From Octopus sinensis (taxonomy: Eukaryota), in the NCBI RefSeq assembly GCF_006345805.1, contig NC_042999.1, positions 22,072,001-22,136,000 of the forward strand: a stretch of 64,000 bases of DNA. Reading direction: 5' to 3'. The notes beneath the pieces are model-generated. The model searched no databases, was not told the DNA's origin, and worked only from the letters and a program-made list of their open reading frames with translations. How positions within the stretch are numbered: position 1 is the stretch's first letter; every line of letters begins with the position of its first letter. Of the stretch, positions 38,700 through 51,361 are shown piece after piece. Both the position numbers and the translations under genes were made by a program.

Positions 38700-38860
38700 A
38701 ATCCTTTCTACAATCGGCACAAGGTCTCAAAATATTTCGAAGTGTGAGGCTAGTCGATTACACCAACCCCAGTCCTTAACACGATCTTATTTTATCTGCT
38801 CTGAAGGAATGAAAGTCAAAGTCGACGCTGGTGAATTTGAATTCAGGACGTAAAGACGGA
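38700..38860 (-). mobile_element. SINE family A fragment
   Basis: ctagtcgattacac, aatgaaagtcaaagtcgacgc, atttgaattcaggac. Confidence 0.7.
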
Positions 38861-39301
38861 ACAGACGCCATCTTTAAATTTAATGCATTCAAACATTTCA
38901 AAATATAAATGAAAATAAACTACTCGATATCTTTTTCAAGTTAAGGCTATTAATTAGCATCGTAGCTTCCATGCACTTCATCGAGACTTATGGATGAGGA
39001 AATGTGCACTATTATATGTATCTGTTGAAATGTAAACGTGAATAAAAACGGTATGGAAAAGATAACTACAAATGTATGAATACATTAAAAGTATGTGAAG
39101 GCAGAAATAAAGAAGTTATTCAATAAAATATAGAACACAGAAACGATGAAGATTATATTTTAGCATCAATTTTATTTTTATAGAACGTAGCTAATTAAAC
39201 GTATAGCGAGTGATGTAACTTAAATTAACTATTTCCGTTTAACGTCGGGAAAATGGTTGCTTACCAATTCAAATAGCAATGTTTGAATAAGTGTGAATTT
39301 A

Positions 39302-39360
<59 letters not shown>

Positions 39361-39436
39361 CATACTTACATATGTACATTATATGTGTGTGTATGTGAGA
39401 GAGAGATTGTGTGTGTGTGTGCTTGTATGTATATAT

Positions 39437-39564
39437 AAATGTATTCGCACATACATATACATATCCTTACATTATATATATAAATGTATTCGAACATACT
39501 ATACAACCTTACATTATATATATATATAAATGTACTCGCACATACATATACATATCCTTACTTT

Positions 39565-39596
<32 letters not shown>

Positions 39597-39720
39597 AGTA
39601 TATATATATATATATATATGAATGTATTCGAACAACATATACATATTCTTACTGATATCTATATATCTATATATAGATGTATTCGAATATACATATATAT
39701 CCTTACATTATATATATATA
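39437..39720. repeat. Degenerate minisatellite: about 5 units of atgtattcg(a/c)acatacatatacatatccttac separated by (TA)n
   Basis: Motif recurs five times. Confidence 0.75.
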
Positions 39721-39939
39721 TATACATATATACATATGACATGCAAAGATTACATGAAATTATTAACAGCGGGGAGTTTAATTTACACCTATATTCAGAA
39801 AAGACGTTTAATTTGATATACATTTATAAATAAATGAATGAGCTGGAAGATTAATTCCTACCGAATGATAATTGAACAAGTTTACATTTGGATATTTAGT
39901 GGACATTTTAGAATATTACTAAGAGAGATGGATTTTAGG

Positions 39940-40260
39940 TGTGAATGTGTGGTATAGTCGTTAAGGCGTTGCACTCACGAACTCTAGATCGCGGTTTCGA
40001 TTCTCAGGTCGACGTTTTGTTGCGTGCTTGAACAAAGCACTTTATTTCACATTATTATTTCACATTTATTTCACATTAACAAAGCACTTTATTTCACACT
40101 TATTTCACGCAGAGGTTAATGGGTAATCTTGCGACGGACTGGCCTTCTTTTCAGGGGCAGTGTTGTCTTGCCTGCCTAGCCAGCGAAGTGCCGTCATTCG
40201 AAAGTTACAACAGTGCAGTCAAGTGCATTGTGATCAGGGGTGTATAATATCAACCGTGAG
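39940..40260 (+). mobile_element. SINE family C-like diverged copy
   Basis: tggtatagtcgttaagg head, ggtttcgattc, aagcactttatttcac block. Confidence 0.65.
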
Positions 40261-40610
40261 TTTGATCGATACAAGGATACAATGAGAGTGGTAATTTAGT
40301 AGGTAGGTGCTAAAATACGAACATATGTGTTTTAAACATAGAAATATATCTCTGTCTCCTAGACATCATATATTAATAAATTTCAGGTAAACCATTATTT
40401 GCTATGCTCATTACGATCTAGAGGAAGGATTCTCTCATGGTTCAATGCCTAGGATTTTTCTCTGCTTTTCTCTTAAGTCCCACTTTCTAATAATTTTTTT
40501 CTTTCAGTTGTTTATGCTATTACTGTTCACTTAGTTCCATAGACTTAACGTTTTGCTTGTCCCGTATCTTTCACATATAATACACGGAACATATTTCTCT
40601 AACTTTTCTT

Positions 40611-40945
40611 AGTGAAGGCGCATGACTCAGTGGCTAGAGCGTCGAGCTTACGATCGTGAGGTTGTGAGTTCGAATCCCGGACCGGGCTGCGTGTTGTGTT
40701 CTTGAGCAAGACACTTTATTTCACGTTGATCCATTTCACTCAACTGTAGAAATGAGTTGCGACATCACAGGTGCCAAGTTGTATCGGCCTTCGCCTTTTC
40801 CTTGGATAACACTGGTGGCATGGAGAGGGGAGGCTGGTATGCATGGGCGACTGCTGGTCTTCCATAAACATCCTTGCCCGGACTTGTACCTGAGAGGGTA
40901 ACTTTCTAAGGGCAATCCCACGGTCAGTCATGACCGAAGTGGGGT
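40611..40945 (+). mobile_element. tRNA-derived SINE family C variant
   Basis: agtgaaggcgcatgactcagtggctagagc, gagttcgaatccc, cttgagcaagacactttatttcacgttg. Confidence 0.85.
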
Positions 40946-42616
40946 CTCAAATTCTCTAGCCTCCATGTATCATATATCATACAAATACCCAATTTTTTCA
41001 ACGACTAATGTAACTTGGGACTTATGAAAGGAAAGTTTCATACTAATCAGAACGTATAAAACAAGAGCTACAAAAAAGTCTGGAAACAAATATGGACGTT
41101 TAGGACAAACTGATGAAAATGCTTTGGGCTCATAAAGAGTTAATTTATTTTGCTTCATTTTTTTTTTTAAAGAGAGCTTTGTAATAAGAGAACAGTGCAT
41201 AGAATATTATACCATTATTCTTCCTAATTTTGGCAGAATACCATCAATTTTGAATGGCCGGGAAAGTCGATTAAATCGCCCACCACCACCCCACCATCGC
41301 TATTGAATGTATGGAAAAGTCTATTTCAGCGGAATTTGAACCTACAACATAAAGAGTGGTGGAGTATGAAGTTTTAAAATTAAGACAAACATTCTCACGA
41401 AAGTTTTCCTCTTCATAACAATGATTACCTATATTTATCTGCAATGCGGTGGATAGACAAATCGATCCGTCGGCAGACAAAATACTATGCGATATTTCGT
41501 TCGTCCAGTGTTCGAATCCCACCGGAGACAACTTTGCCTTTCATCTGTCTCTGTACGTAAAATAAAGTACTTAAGAATATTGATATAATCGTCGGCTCTT
41601 TCCTTCCGATATGTATTCTTTACTTTAGAAATCAATATTTATCTCATAGTGTCTATTTGCAACGAGAGTAACTTGTCCAAAATCACGATGACTAGCAATG
41701 CACAGTTAATTCTTCGGCTAGTCAACCGCTTCCCAATCTGTTTGGTCATCTGTGGTTCCATTGCTTAGCCACAGAACATATAAAACTGTCAATATAATTT
41801 TCATCAAATTATATTCATTTAAGCGAGAAAAGAAGTTTACGTCTCTCCCATCTTGCGCTCTTCAAAAGTTCTAACAAGTTTTTAGTTTCAGTGAGTAATG
41901 CATTATGGATGTACATATAAATCATAGATTCAACAAGCATGAGAACAATGCTATATTGGGTTTTTAGCTAATGCCAAAATTCCATCCGAGGGAATACAAT
42001 AAAAGTTGATGGATGACCGGTAAAAAAAAAAAAATTATTCCACTCCATATTTTCAGAGAAGACTCCTTTTAAAGTGTTCGCGTGAAATCAGTTCTTTTGT
42101 TTTGTTTGTTTTATAAAGGAAAACGTCGTGCATTTAAGATTATCTAGGTTTAAAAGCAAATATAAACAGACCATATATTAATGCAAGCCGCTCGCCAGTT
42201 TTTAAGCACAAGAGATTTAGTAAATATTCTTGCAGAAAAGAGAATATCATTTTTGTTGTCTACAATAAAAAGGCATTTCACACGTCTTTGATTCATGACA
42301 AGAAAGTAAATAATCTGAATTGTAAGTATTATATGAATATGTTTGATCACTAGACTATCAAAATTGATTTAAAACATATTTGTTCAAAAGGAAAATGCAA
42401 CTGCTTTTTAATACTTAGCAAAAGAACTTAAGAAGCCTAGTAAAAGAATCTTTTTATCGTGGAAATATTAGAGTCGATCTATTTTATATACTTTTCTTTT
42501 GCAATGCTTCCCTTCCTATTACAATCAAGTTAGTCTTTAATTCTATATCGGCTGAATGCCTAAAGATTATTGTTTTTTTTCTAATTTCTTATATAAGGCA
42601 TAATGTATCAAATATA

Positions 42617-43330
42617 TGATGGGGTGCTGAAAACTTCCTGGGTTTGGGTAAAGCCAGGGACTCTAGAGAACAATATAAAATACAACTTTTCCGAGCTGTA
42701 GTACAATGATTATTCGTAGTACTGATATCTGTAGGTAATTAAAAGAAAATACAGGAGGATCAGCTCTTTTACTCTTTTACTTGTTTCAGTCATTTGATTG
42801 TGGCCATGCTGGAGCACCGCCTTTAGTCGAGCAAATCGACCCCAGGACTTATTCTTTGTAAGCCTGGTACTTATTCTATCGGTCTCTTTTGCCGAACTGC
42901 TAAGTAACGGGGACGTAAACACACCAGCATCGGCGTCAAGCGATGTTGGTGGGACAAATACAGACGCACAAACATATACACACACACATACATATATATA
43001 CGACGGGCTTCTTTCAGTTTCTGTCTACCAAATAGACTCACAAGGCTTTTGTCGGCCCGAGGCTATAGTAGAAGACACTTGCCCAAGGTGCCACGCAGCG
43101 GGACTGAACCCGGAACCATGTGGTTGGTAAGCAAATTACTTAACACACAGCCGCTTCTGCTAATTATGATTTCATTCAACATGTCTCCCCTCTCAGATTC
43201 ATACACTTATTGCAGCGGTCTTTCAGATTTTCTAAGCTCTGTAATAAAACTCGGAATGTTGGGCCTCCAGCCAGGCCTTTCACGGTACCCTTACGGTCAG
43301 AAACTTTTCAGCCTCCTCTTGTATGTGGAA
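42617..43330 (-). mobile_element. Mariner 3' remnant interrupted by a SINE B
   Basis: TIR-like tatgatggggtgctgaaaacttcctgg at 42617; minus-strand C-terminus KAWLEAQHSEFY / LENLKDRCNKCMNLRGE (frameshifted). Confidence 0.7.
42765..43158 (-). mobile_element. SINE family B, full-length
   Basis: High similarity to 9421-9839. Confidence 0.92.
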
Positions 43331-43616
43331 TAAAAGCAAAATCAGATGTTCGTGCATTTCGGCAGAACTGTTAGCACGCCGGGCGAAACACTTAGCCGCA
43401 TTTCATCCATCTTAACGCTCTCAGTTCAAATTTTGAAGTGGTCCACTTAACCTTTCGTTTTTCAATAAGTAGCAACTCAATAAATTGCAGTCATGTACTG
43501 GTGTCGATGAAAATCGACTTCTCCCTCCTTCCAAGGCAAAAGAAAAAAATGTGGCAAAATTTGAAGCCATTATCAGTATCGTGCATATTCGTTTATTTTA
43601 TCTTTTTGTAACCAAG

Positions 43617-43752
43617 GGAGGCAATTTGAGGGACACCGAATCTGATGGGAAAAGGGATGAAGATATCTTCAAATTAACCAGAGACCCAACTCGTGTGCTT
43701 GCAGCAGAGGGAATTGCGCTAAAGAAACCCAAGCTGGCAGAGCTAGATGCTG
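43617..43752 (+). CDS. Weak candidate exon (GGNLRDTESDGKRDEDIFKLTRDPTRVLAAEGIALKKPKLAELDA)
   Basis: Unique, relatively GC-rich, protein-like; T-rich tract ending caAG and G|GTATTA donor; no family recognised. Confidence 0.25.
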
Positions 43753-44164
43753 GTATTAAACTTTGCGACTGAATTGATCTAATATTAATCCAGTAGCCCA
43801 CACAGAGATTTGAACCCGAAACGCGAGTATCTCTAATAAATATAACAGATCATCCGGGGCCACATTCTTACAGTTTCGGCATTTCAGTACCCTTGGACCT
43901 TTTTTAATGAAACTGAAAAGATGAAAGTTATAGTTGAGCGCAGTGCGGTTTGATCTCAGGGCGCAGTATGTCAAAATATAAAATAAAAATACGCATCCAG
44001 CAGACACACTAAAAACTGTCAATTCGTCGCCGTTTATTGGTAATGTAACATTTATTTGTATCCTAAATTAGACCAGCAATTAGGAATTGAAACCGGATCG
44101 TAAACACTGCTCACCTTGCGCTCTAATGCAGTGTTTCCTACAAACGAGTTACATCCTTTTCTAT

Positions 44165-44600
44165 TCTAGGCCCAAGACTCGAACATTTTGAAGGAGAGGG
44201 CTAGTCGATTAGATCGACTCCAGTATGCAACTGGTACTTAATCTATCAAGAGCAGCGAGCTGGCAGAAACGTTAGCACGCCGGGCAAAATACTTAGCGGT
44301 ATTACGCCTGTCGTTACGTCCTAGGTTCAAATTCCGCCGAAGTCGACTTTGCCTTTCATCCTTTCGGGGTCGATAAATTAAGTACCAGCTACGCTCTGGG
44401 GTCGATATAATCGACTTAATCCGTCTGTCTGTCCTTGTTTGTCTCGTCTGTGTTTAGCCCCTTGTGGGTAGTAAAGAAATAGGTACTTAATCTATCAACT
44501 CCGAAAGGATGAAAGGCAAAGTTGACCTCGGCGGAATTTGAACTCAGATCGTAACGACAGACGCAATACCAGTTTCTTTATTACCCACAGAGGGCTGCAC
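44165..44600. mobile_element. Nested SINE A: plus-strand copy 44250-44481 inside a minus-strand copy
   Basis: Perfect 17-bp TSD ggtacttaatctatcaa at 44233-44249 and 44482-44498. Confidence 0.95.
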
Positions 44601-44933
44601 AAAGAATGGGACAAAACAACTGATTGGGGTCAGTAACACGTTATTATATTGAATAAATATGAATCTAAAAATTATATAAAATATATAAGAATCGAATGAA
44701 ATACACAATAGAAATATGACACAAATGTAGCGATAATCAGGCCAGGCTCCGAGCCCATAAATCCAGATCTATCGCTGGTACTTCTTTCATCTTTGATTTT
44801 CGTCTATAGCCTATTCACATGGTTCCTTGCACGCACAGCAATCGTGCAACATGCTTCCATCTTTTTTTTAACACACTCTCCGACAGTCATCTTTTCTCCA
44901 GCCACACGTTCCTTTTCATGTTATATATATATA

Positions 44934-45362
44934 CTAGCAGCATAGCCCGGCGTTTCCCGGGTATGTAAGAGCCCCTAGTAGGCAACGACTAATCCCAATC
45001 TAGTCCTTTCCCTCTAGGGAACGAAGGCGCATGTGTAGGTTGCAATGTCTTCTCTTCACTCGAATACTTCTGTGTATACGATGTTCCTAGCTGTCCCTAG
45101 CTGTCGAGTTGTGTCCCCTAGACAGAAAATGTGTTGCATATAAAAATCTTAGATTCTCGACCCCATGTCGAATTTATCGATTTTTTTCAGAACTGGGAGA
45201 ACTTTTCAAAATTTTCGCTGCGTTAGTTTTGAATTATGACATTGGGCTATGTGTGTGTCAAGTTTCATCAGAATCGGTTGAAAGCCGTGGTCAGGGTGAG
45301 GGTACAACCTGGCAGACACACAGACACACAGACAGACAAACTGCCGTTTATATAGAGAGAGA
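44934..45362 (-). mobile_element. Non-autonomous Helitron
   Basis: Minus strand: A|TCTCTCTCTATATAAA 5' end; 3' hairpin cccgggaaacgccggg then CTAG|T; no TSD. Confidence 0.8.
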
Positions 45363-45520
45363 TATTATGAACATTCGTGGAGAAAATCACATTTTTAATT
45401 GATGGCTACACCATCCATTACTGGCAATCGTTTCTGTTGTGCCAGCATTTTTAGATGTAGAGTAAAAGATAAAAAATACAAAACTATTTTGCTAGCAAAA
45501 ATGGGTACTAAAAATTTTAC

Positions 45521-45908
45521 CTAACACAATGTTATCAAGGTAATCCAAAACAAGCCGAATTCAAAGTGAACTGTGATAATATCTGTAATACATGAATGCA
45601 TGTAAAAAGAACATTACGAGCGAATAGAATATTCGAAGAAAATTCAGTTTAGTATTTAAACTTATGATGACGTCAGATGGTAACGAAAATATTAAAAAAT
45701 ACACATTCGTGACGTAGAATTTCAATGTCTACCTTTTTTTTATTCTTTCGTTACCTGCTGACGTCATCTCATGTTTAAACATTAAACTGGTTTAGAATAT
45801 TGTATTTCTTCTTAACGTTCTTTTCGCATGCGTTCATGCATTTGAGATACTATCTCACTTCGCTTCGAATTCAGCCTGTTTTGGGTTACATTAATAACAT
45901 TGTGTTAG
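45521..45908. mobile_element. Old fold-back (MITE-like) element, arms about 165 bp
   Basis: ctaacacaatgttat...gaattc...atgacgtcag mirrored on the right; about 70% identity by eye. Confidence 0.65.
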
Positions 45909-46309
45909 TATTAAAGTTTCGTATATACTGTCTACTTTGATATTTAGTACTTTTTTTCCATATCTAAATATATTCGTACAATACAAATGATCGCAGGCAA
46001 CGAATGATGTAATTATCAATTAAAGATGTGATTTTCTCCATTCGTGTTCATGTTATTATATACTCCAGATTTCTTTAAATTCTTCTAAGCGCTATTTAAA
46101 TAGTTATCATACATGAGGAATTATCTTGGATTATCCTGGATTTTATTTCAATTTATTAGTATCTGATTGTTTGATATAGTTCACCAAATTCGCTTAATGC
46201 TGAGTGTTTTTTACATATCAACCTGGACTTATTAATCCCCTTTACCTCTTCATTATATATATATATATATATTATATATATATATGTATGTATATATGTT
46301 TTACTAATC

Positions 46310-46500
46310 ATATCTGCCGGGCATGTGGAAGAGAGTGTAATTCTTCAGGAGGTATTAAACGACATGCAAAGGTACATGAAGCCCAGATACAACTACAGCC
46401 GGCTATTACCGGTAAAGGTTTTGGTTGCCAATTCTGTACAAGACATTGTAGATCTTTAGCTGGGCCAAAAAGTCACATTCGATCACAGCACCAGTAACAG
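46310..46500 (+). mobile_element. RTE-clade LINE 3' fragment with two C2H2-type zinc fingers
   Basis: CRACGRECNSSGGIKRHAKVH and CQFCTRHCRSLAGPKSHIRSQH then a stop, the pattern typical of RTE ORF C-termini. Confidence 0.65.
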
Positions 46501-46654
46501 TTAAGCTTTGTGCAATGGCCATACTCGATAATGAGGGGGCAGCTATCATGTATATATGTATAGACTCCCCATAAAACATAGTTTTATGTTTATTCAAACT
46601 TGTAAAGTTTTATATTTTTATTAATGTTTCACGTCCTATATGTGATTGTTTAAT

Positions 46655-47735
46655 CATGCCTTGCACAAAAGAAACCTTTGGAACTCTCTGGATTTCAAAG
46701 AGGCAGTATTGTGGGTCATTCTGAAGGTAGACATACAGTGAAAACGCTGAAAACCTTGAGATCCCGCTTTCTACAGTCAATAAAGTTATTGTGCAATTCA
46801 CCAGAGAGGGAAAGGAGTCCACATCACTTCGCCCAGAACAACCAAGGCTCTGTGACAGGAGCCTTGTCTTTGTTAAGAGAATTGTGGAGAATAATACTCG
46901 TTGAAAAGCCTCAGGCATAGAACAAGTTGGTGTCATTCCCAGAACAGCTGTCAGGTATGTCCACAACCTTACTTATTATGGCAGAGCAGCAAGAAGGAAG
47001 GCACTTCTTGTACGAGCCAACATCAAGCGAAGAAAATATTGAACAGGTGAGATGATGGAGAGGCCACTAGCATTTTGGGACACCTTCCTATTCTCTGATG
47101 AGTCCAGATTTGCTGTATCTCCAGACAGTTATCGAGTGTGGGTCTGGAGACTCTGCAATCAAGAATTTGATGTGAAAAGATTGCTGCCAACAATGAAGCA
47201 CGGCAGCTTTTCTGTGACGGTCTAGGGAGCAATTTGGAGCAATGCTTGATCAGAACAGGTGGAGTGTGATGGAGATATAAACTCAGATAAGTATGTGTTT
47301 ATATTGCAGAAAATACTCCTTCCAATCTTCTCCAGTGGTAAAATGATCAAAGAAGACTCTTTATTTATGGAAGATGGGGCTCCTTGTCACTCGGCTAAAA
47401 TGAGCCAAGATTTGTTGGATGACAATGGCATTAAAAAGCTTCCATGACCAAGACAGTCACCACATATGCACCGTATTGAACACTTCTGGGACATAATGGA
47501 CAGGGCACTTCATAAAAACAACAAGAAAGCATTTTCAACGCCAGATATTTTGAGATAACCGTATGAAACTTGGCAAGAAATTCCGCAAGATCCTTGCATT
47601 AAAAATGCAAAGGGCATGTCTACTAAATATTAAATATTCACATTATGATAATTAGTAAATAACTTGAATGTATAATTTCAGATTTAAATAAATTTTAATG
47701 GTTATAAGGGTGTCTATTTATTTCTCTCATGTCTG
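46655..47735 (+). pseudogene. Defective Tc1-like (DD34E) transposon
   Basis: FQRGSIVG, ARRK, FSDESRF, VW, EDGAPCHSAK and PRQSPHMHRIEH motifs with stops and frameshifts; ends ...gtctg|TA. Confidence 0.88.
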
Positions 47736-47737
47736 TA

Positions 47738-47823
<86 letters not shown>

Positions 47824-48251
47824 CATATATAAGTAAACCGACACCCTTATAACCATTAAAATTTATTTAAATCTGAAATTATACGTTCAAGTTCAGCTCC
47901 CCCCACAAAACACCACCACGAGGTCTCTGTTGAGACTAGTAAGAAACAATTATGAACTTTTTTATTACATTTAACTTTTAAAAATATTTTTGATAAGATT
48001 CGTTTTTTCAAGAAGAACAGAAACATTTAAAATCTGTAAGAAAATTGGAATTTATCTTATATAATGGCGTTTTCAAACTTCTATTATATATATATATATA
48101 TATATATCTACATAACATAATATTATTTATATAATATTATGTTATGTAATGTTATATATTACATTCATAGTATTTAATGTAATATTGTAATAATATAAAT
48201 AAAGTATTTGGTTGCCAATAGAATATCTCTATATTTACTTTATCGTTATAA

Positions 48252-48654
48252 TTAGAAGGAACTGTGCCAAATTTTGACATTGAAAGCTACACCAATGCCA
48301 GAACGGGTCGACACTGCATAGTGCCAAAGATCCCAGCAATGCCATCGTGCTTCGGGGCCAGTTACTGCACCAGCGTGTGTTTCAGGGGCCCACTGCTTTT
48401 TAATATTCTTCACAAAGAGCCTGAGGAACCTGCACAAAGTAGATGTAGGCGTTTTTAAGTCAAAGCTGGACCTCTTCCTGTCGAGAGCCCCAGACGAACC
48501 TACCTCACAGCAAGAGATGCAAATAAAGATAGCTATATCAAACTCCATTCCTCACCAAGTACCACATATTAGAAGAGGCTCTTAGTAATAACAGTGAAGC
48601 AAAAAGGCAGTGCTCCACCATGGCCACAGCTCTGAGCTGAAACTACAAAAAAAA
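48252..48654 (+). mobile_element. CR1-group LINE 3' end (ORF2 C-terminus, 3' UTR and A-rich tail)
   Basis: RGPLLFNIL then (frameshift) KSLRNL...VFKSKLDLFLSRAPDEP...SNSIPHQ, stop at 48583-48585; UTR ends gagctgaaactacaaaaaaaa. Confidence 0.82.
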
Positions 48655-48883
48655 TTGAATTATACCAATATCTATATGCTATCCAACTGAAGTACCTGTG
48701 AATTGGATGTTTAACACATACATTGAGAAAAAGTCGTCAGAATTTTGCGAAAAAAATATTTTTATTTCTTGATTATTATTAGCGCTTTCGTTCCTATCTG
48801 GAAATTGTCAATTTTTTTAATGTACAAACAGCTTGTTCATTTATATAAAACAAATGTTTTGGGGGATGTTTAGCTTAGACGTG

Positions 48884-49000
<117 letters not shown>

Positions 49001-49059
49001 GGTTATCAATTTGTGTTGCGAGATTCCTGCTGTGAAATCGTGTGCTGAAACCTATATTG

Positions 49060-49344
49060 CTGTATTTTGGGATCGTCATTTTTTTTTTGCCAAATAAACA
49101 CACTATATATTTTTTTTCACTCGTTTATTATTGTTCTTATTTTATAATTTCAACTTATGTCCATCGCCCGAAATGGAGTAATTGGAGCAAGAACACACAC
49201 AAAAACGAAAAGTGTTACTGAAGAGGTCACAGATGTGTGACGAAAGGTTTCCGGACAGTGGAAAATAAAAGCAGTAATAAACGAGTGACGAAAAAACGTA
49301 TAGTGCTTGAGTTTATTTGGCAAAAAAAAACGACCGTTCCGAAA

Positions 49345-49350
<6 letters not shown>
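49060..49350. mobile_element. Inverted-repeat PLE-like module between microsatellites
   Basis: About 49060-49130 is inverted to about 49275-49350; HHR motif in the spacer. Confidence 0.65.
49213..49257 (+). ncRNA. Hammerhead-like motif, stems I and III degenerate
   Basis: CTGAAGA-g-gtcaca-gatg-tgtgac-GAAA-ggtt-TC; perfect 6-bp stem II. Confidence 0.55.
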
Positions 49351-49423
<73 letters not shown>

Positions 49424-49527
49424 TATGTATATATATATGTATATATGTATATATACATACATACATACAATATATATATGTATATATATACATACAGTAT
49501 ATATTATATATATGTATATTATATATT

Positions 49528-49613
<86 letters not shown>

Positions 49614-50003
49614 CACACACAGAAGGGCACAAACACAGACATACACATACACAGCTATTCATTTTTCCTCTTTTAACTAAGAGTCACAGAAATATACTAT
49701 AGCTTGCACTTTTATCGTTCGTTGATCATACGTTCATACGAGGGTCAGGCATAATGCAAGACTGCTTTCTGAAGATGTTCCACAATGATTACATCGTCGT
49801 GCTGTGGAATGACGACCCGTCCCCATTGGGAAAAAAACACTGACTATGCAGACGTGTTCATTGAAGCATTAGAGCTTTGTCTGAAGCGTCTAGGTTATGC
49901 CTAGGTGATACTTATGTCTAGAAAATTCACACAAGGGAAAAGTATTATCATATTCATAAACGTACACATATGCCAAGCAGTAGCAATAAATATATATATT
50001 TAA

Positions 50004-50305
50004 CTTGCAGTATCGCCTGGCGTTGCTCGGGTTTGTAAGGGTAATAACTATATGAGCATTTTTAGAGAGTTACTTCCCTGATATAATAGCAAAAAAATGC
50101 ATTAAAATGGGAAAAAATGATGGTAAATTTGTTTTTAAATCGTAGACTCATCGTAGACGTGCGCTAATACCCAGAAGGGCTCGATATGAATCACGACTAT
50201 AAGATACCCGCTTTTGGTTAAACTGCACCGCAAAATCTGGGAGTAGTTAGGAATCTAAATCGTAGGAGACAGACACACACGCAACTTCACTTTTATATAT
50301 AAAGA
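50004..50305 (-). mobile_element. Non-autonomous Helitron, second family
   Basis: 5' A|TCTTTATATATAAAAG; 3' cccgagcaacgccagg hairpin and CAAG|T (CTAG variant). Confidence 0.72.
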
Positions 50306-50919
50306 TGAGCTGATGACTGGTGTGACGGAATCGTGGGTTTCATTACAGCCGAAAGAAGGGGAATAAAGAAGTGAGGGAGCTCCAATAAATGGTGCTGAAA
50401 TATAGTGGTTGGACAGAAGCCTTCCGATTCAAGAGTTTACAGAAGAGCCACGCCCGTAATACCCATTTATTTGGACATCCTCGCGACAAATACGGGCAAA
50501 GATGTTTTGTTAATGTCAGAATATAATTATTCTTTCATTGAGTTGCTCAAGACCAATATACAGCGAAAGTGTTGTAAAGAGTCCCTTATCTTCTTTTATT
50601 ATTTGCTTTTGTCATTAGACTGCGGCCATGCTGGGGCATTTATTTGAAACGTCTTAGTAGAATAAATCGACTTCGGTATTTAGTTTTCTTTTTAAAATTT
50701 GGTACTTATTCTATCGGCCTCTTAGGCCAAGCCGTTATACGGACTGAAACATACCAAAACTGGTTGTATATAGATGGTAGGGAACAAACGCAATGATACT
50801 AACACACACACACGTATGTACATACATACATACACACATACATACATACATACAACATACATACATACATACATACATACATACATACATACATGTGTGT
50901 GTGTGTGTATGTATGTATA

Positions 50920-50960
<41 letters not shown>

Positions 50961-50963
<3 letters not shown>

Positions 50964-51361
50964 CATGGTGTTTGATGATTTTAACCCACGCTGGTGGAAA
51001 GGGGAGAACAGAGATTCTTCGCTTGCTTATTTGAATTTGTTGGCACTGTTAGTTACGAGCAGATCTTCGAAAGGGTATGTTCTTATTTTCAGTGTTTCCA
51101 AATCCAAACCAAGGAATTTCTGAGCTGATGATAGAAGTGTTGTTTTGACTAATCTTGAAACGTACGTTCTCAAATAACCTTAGCATTTGATTTTTCGATG
51201 TCCTTACCCCCAAACTTTTGTGAGTTGAATTAAGCAAACACTATATATGAGAGAGATTTTCTTTAAGTATTAGAAATAGCTTTAAAAAAGTTTTTTAGCT
51301 GCTATTTCTAATGAGTTCAGTATGCGGCAAAGTAATTTATTTTACTAAGCCCTTTTATATA
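50961..51361 (+). mobile_element. PLE-like module, second copy of the 32.2 kb family
   Basis: Reverse complement of about 32210-32630 with an internal deletion; (TA)n on both sides. Confidence 0.85.
51121..51172 (+). ncRNA. Type-I hammerhead motif, core intact
   Basis: tgag-CTGATGA-tagaagtgttgttttgactaatctt-GAAA-C-GTAC-G-TT-ctca. Confidence 0.72.

Noticed and set aside
46204-46497. Host C2H2 zinc-finger gene
   Set aside because: Two fingers without TGEKP linkers ending at a stop; fits an RTE LINE C-terminus better
50310-50360. CTGATGA-ctg...cag-cc-GAAAG
   Set aside because: No UH site or stem I/III downstream
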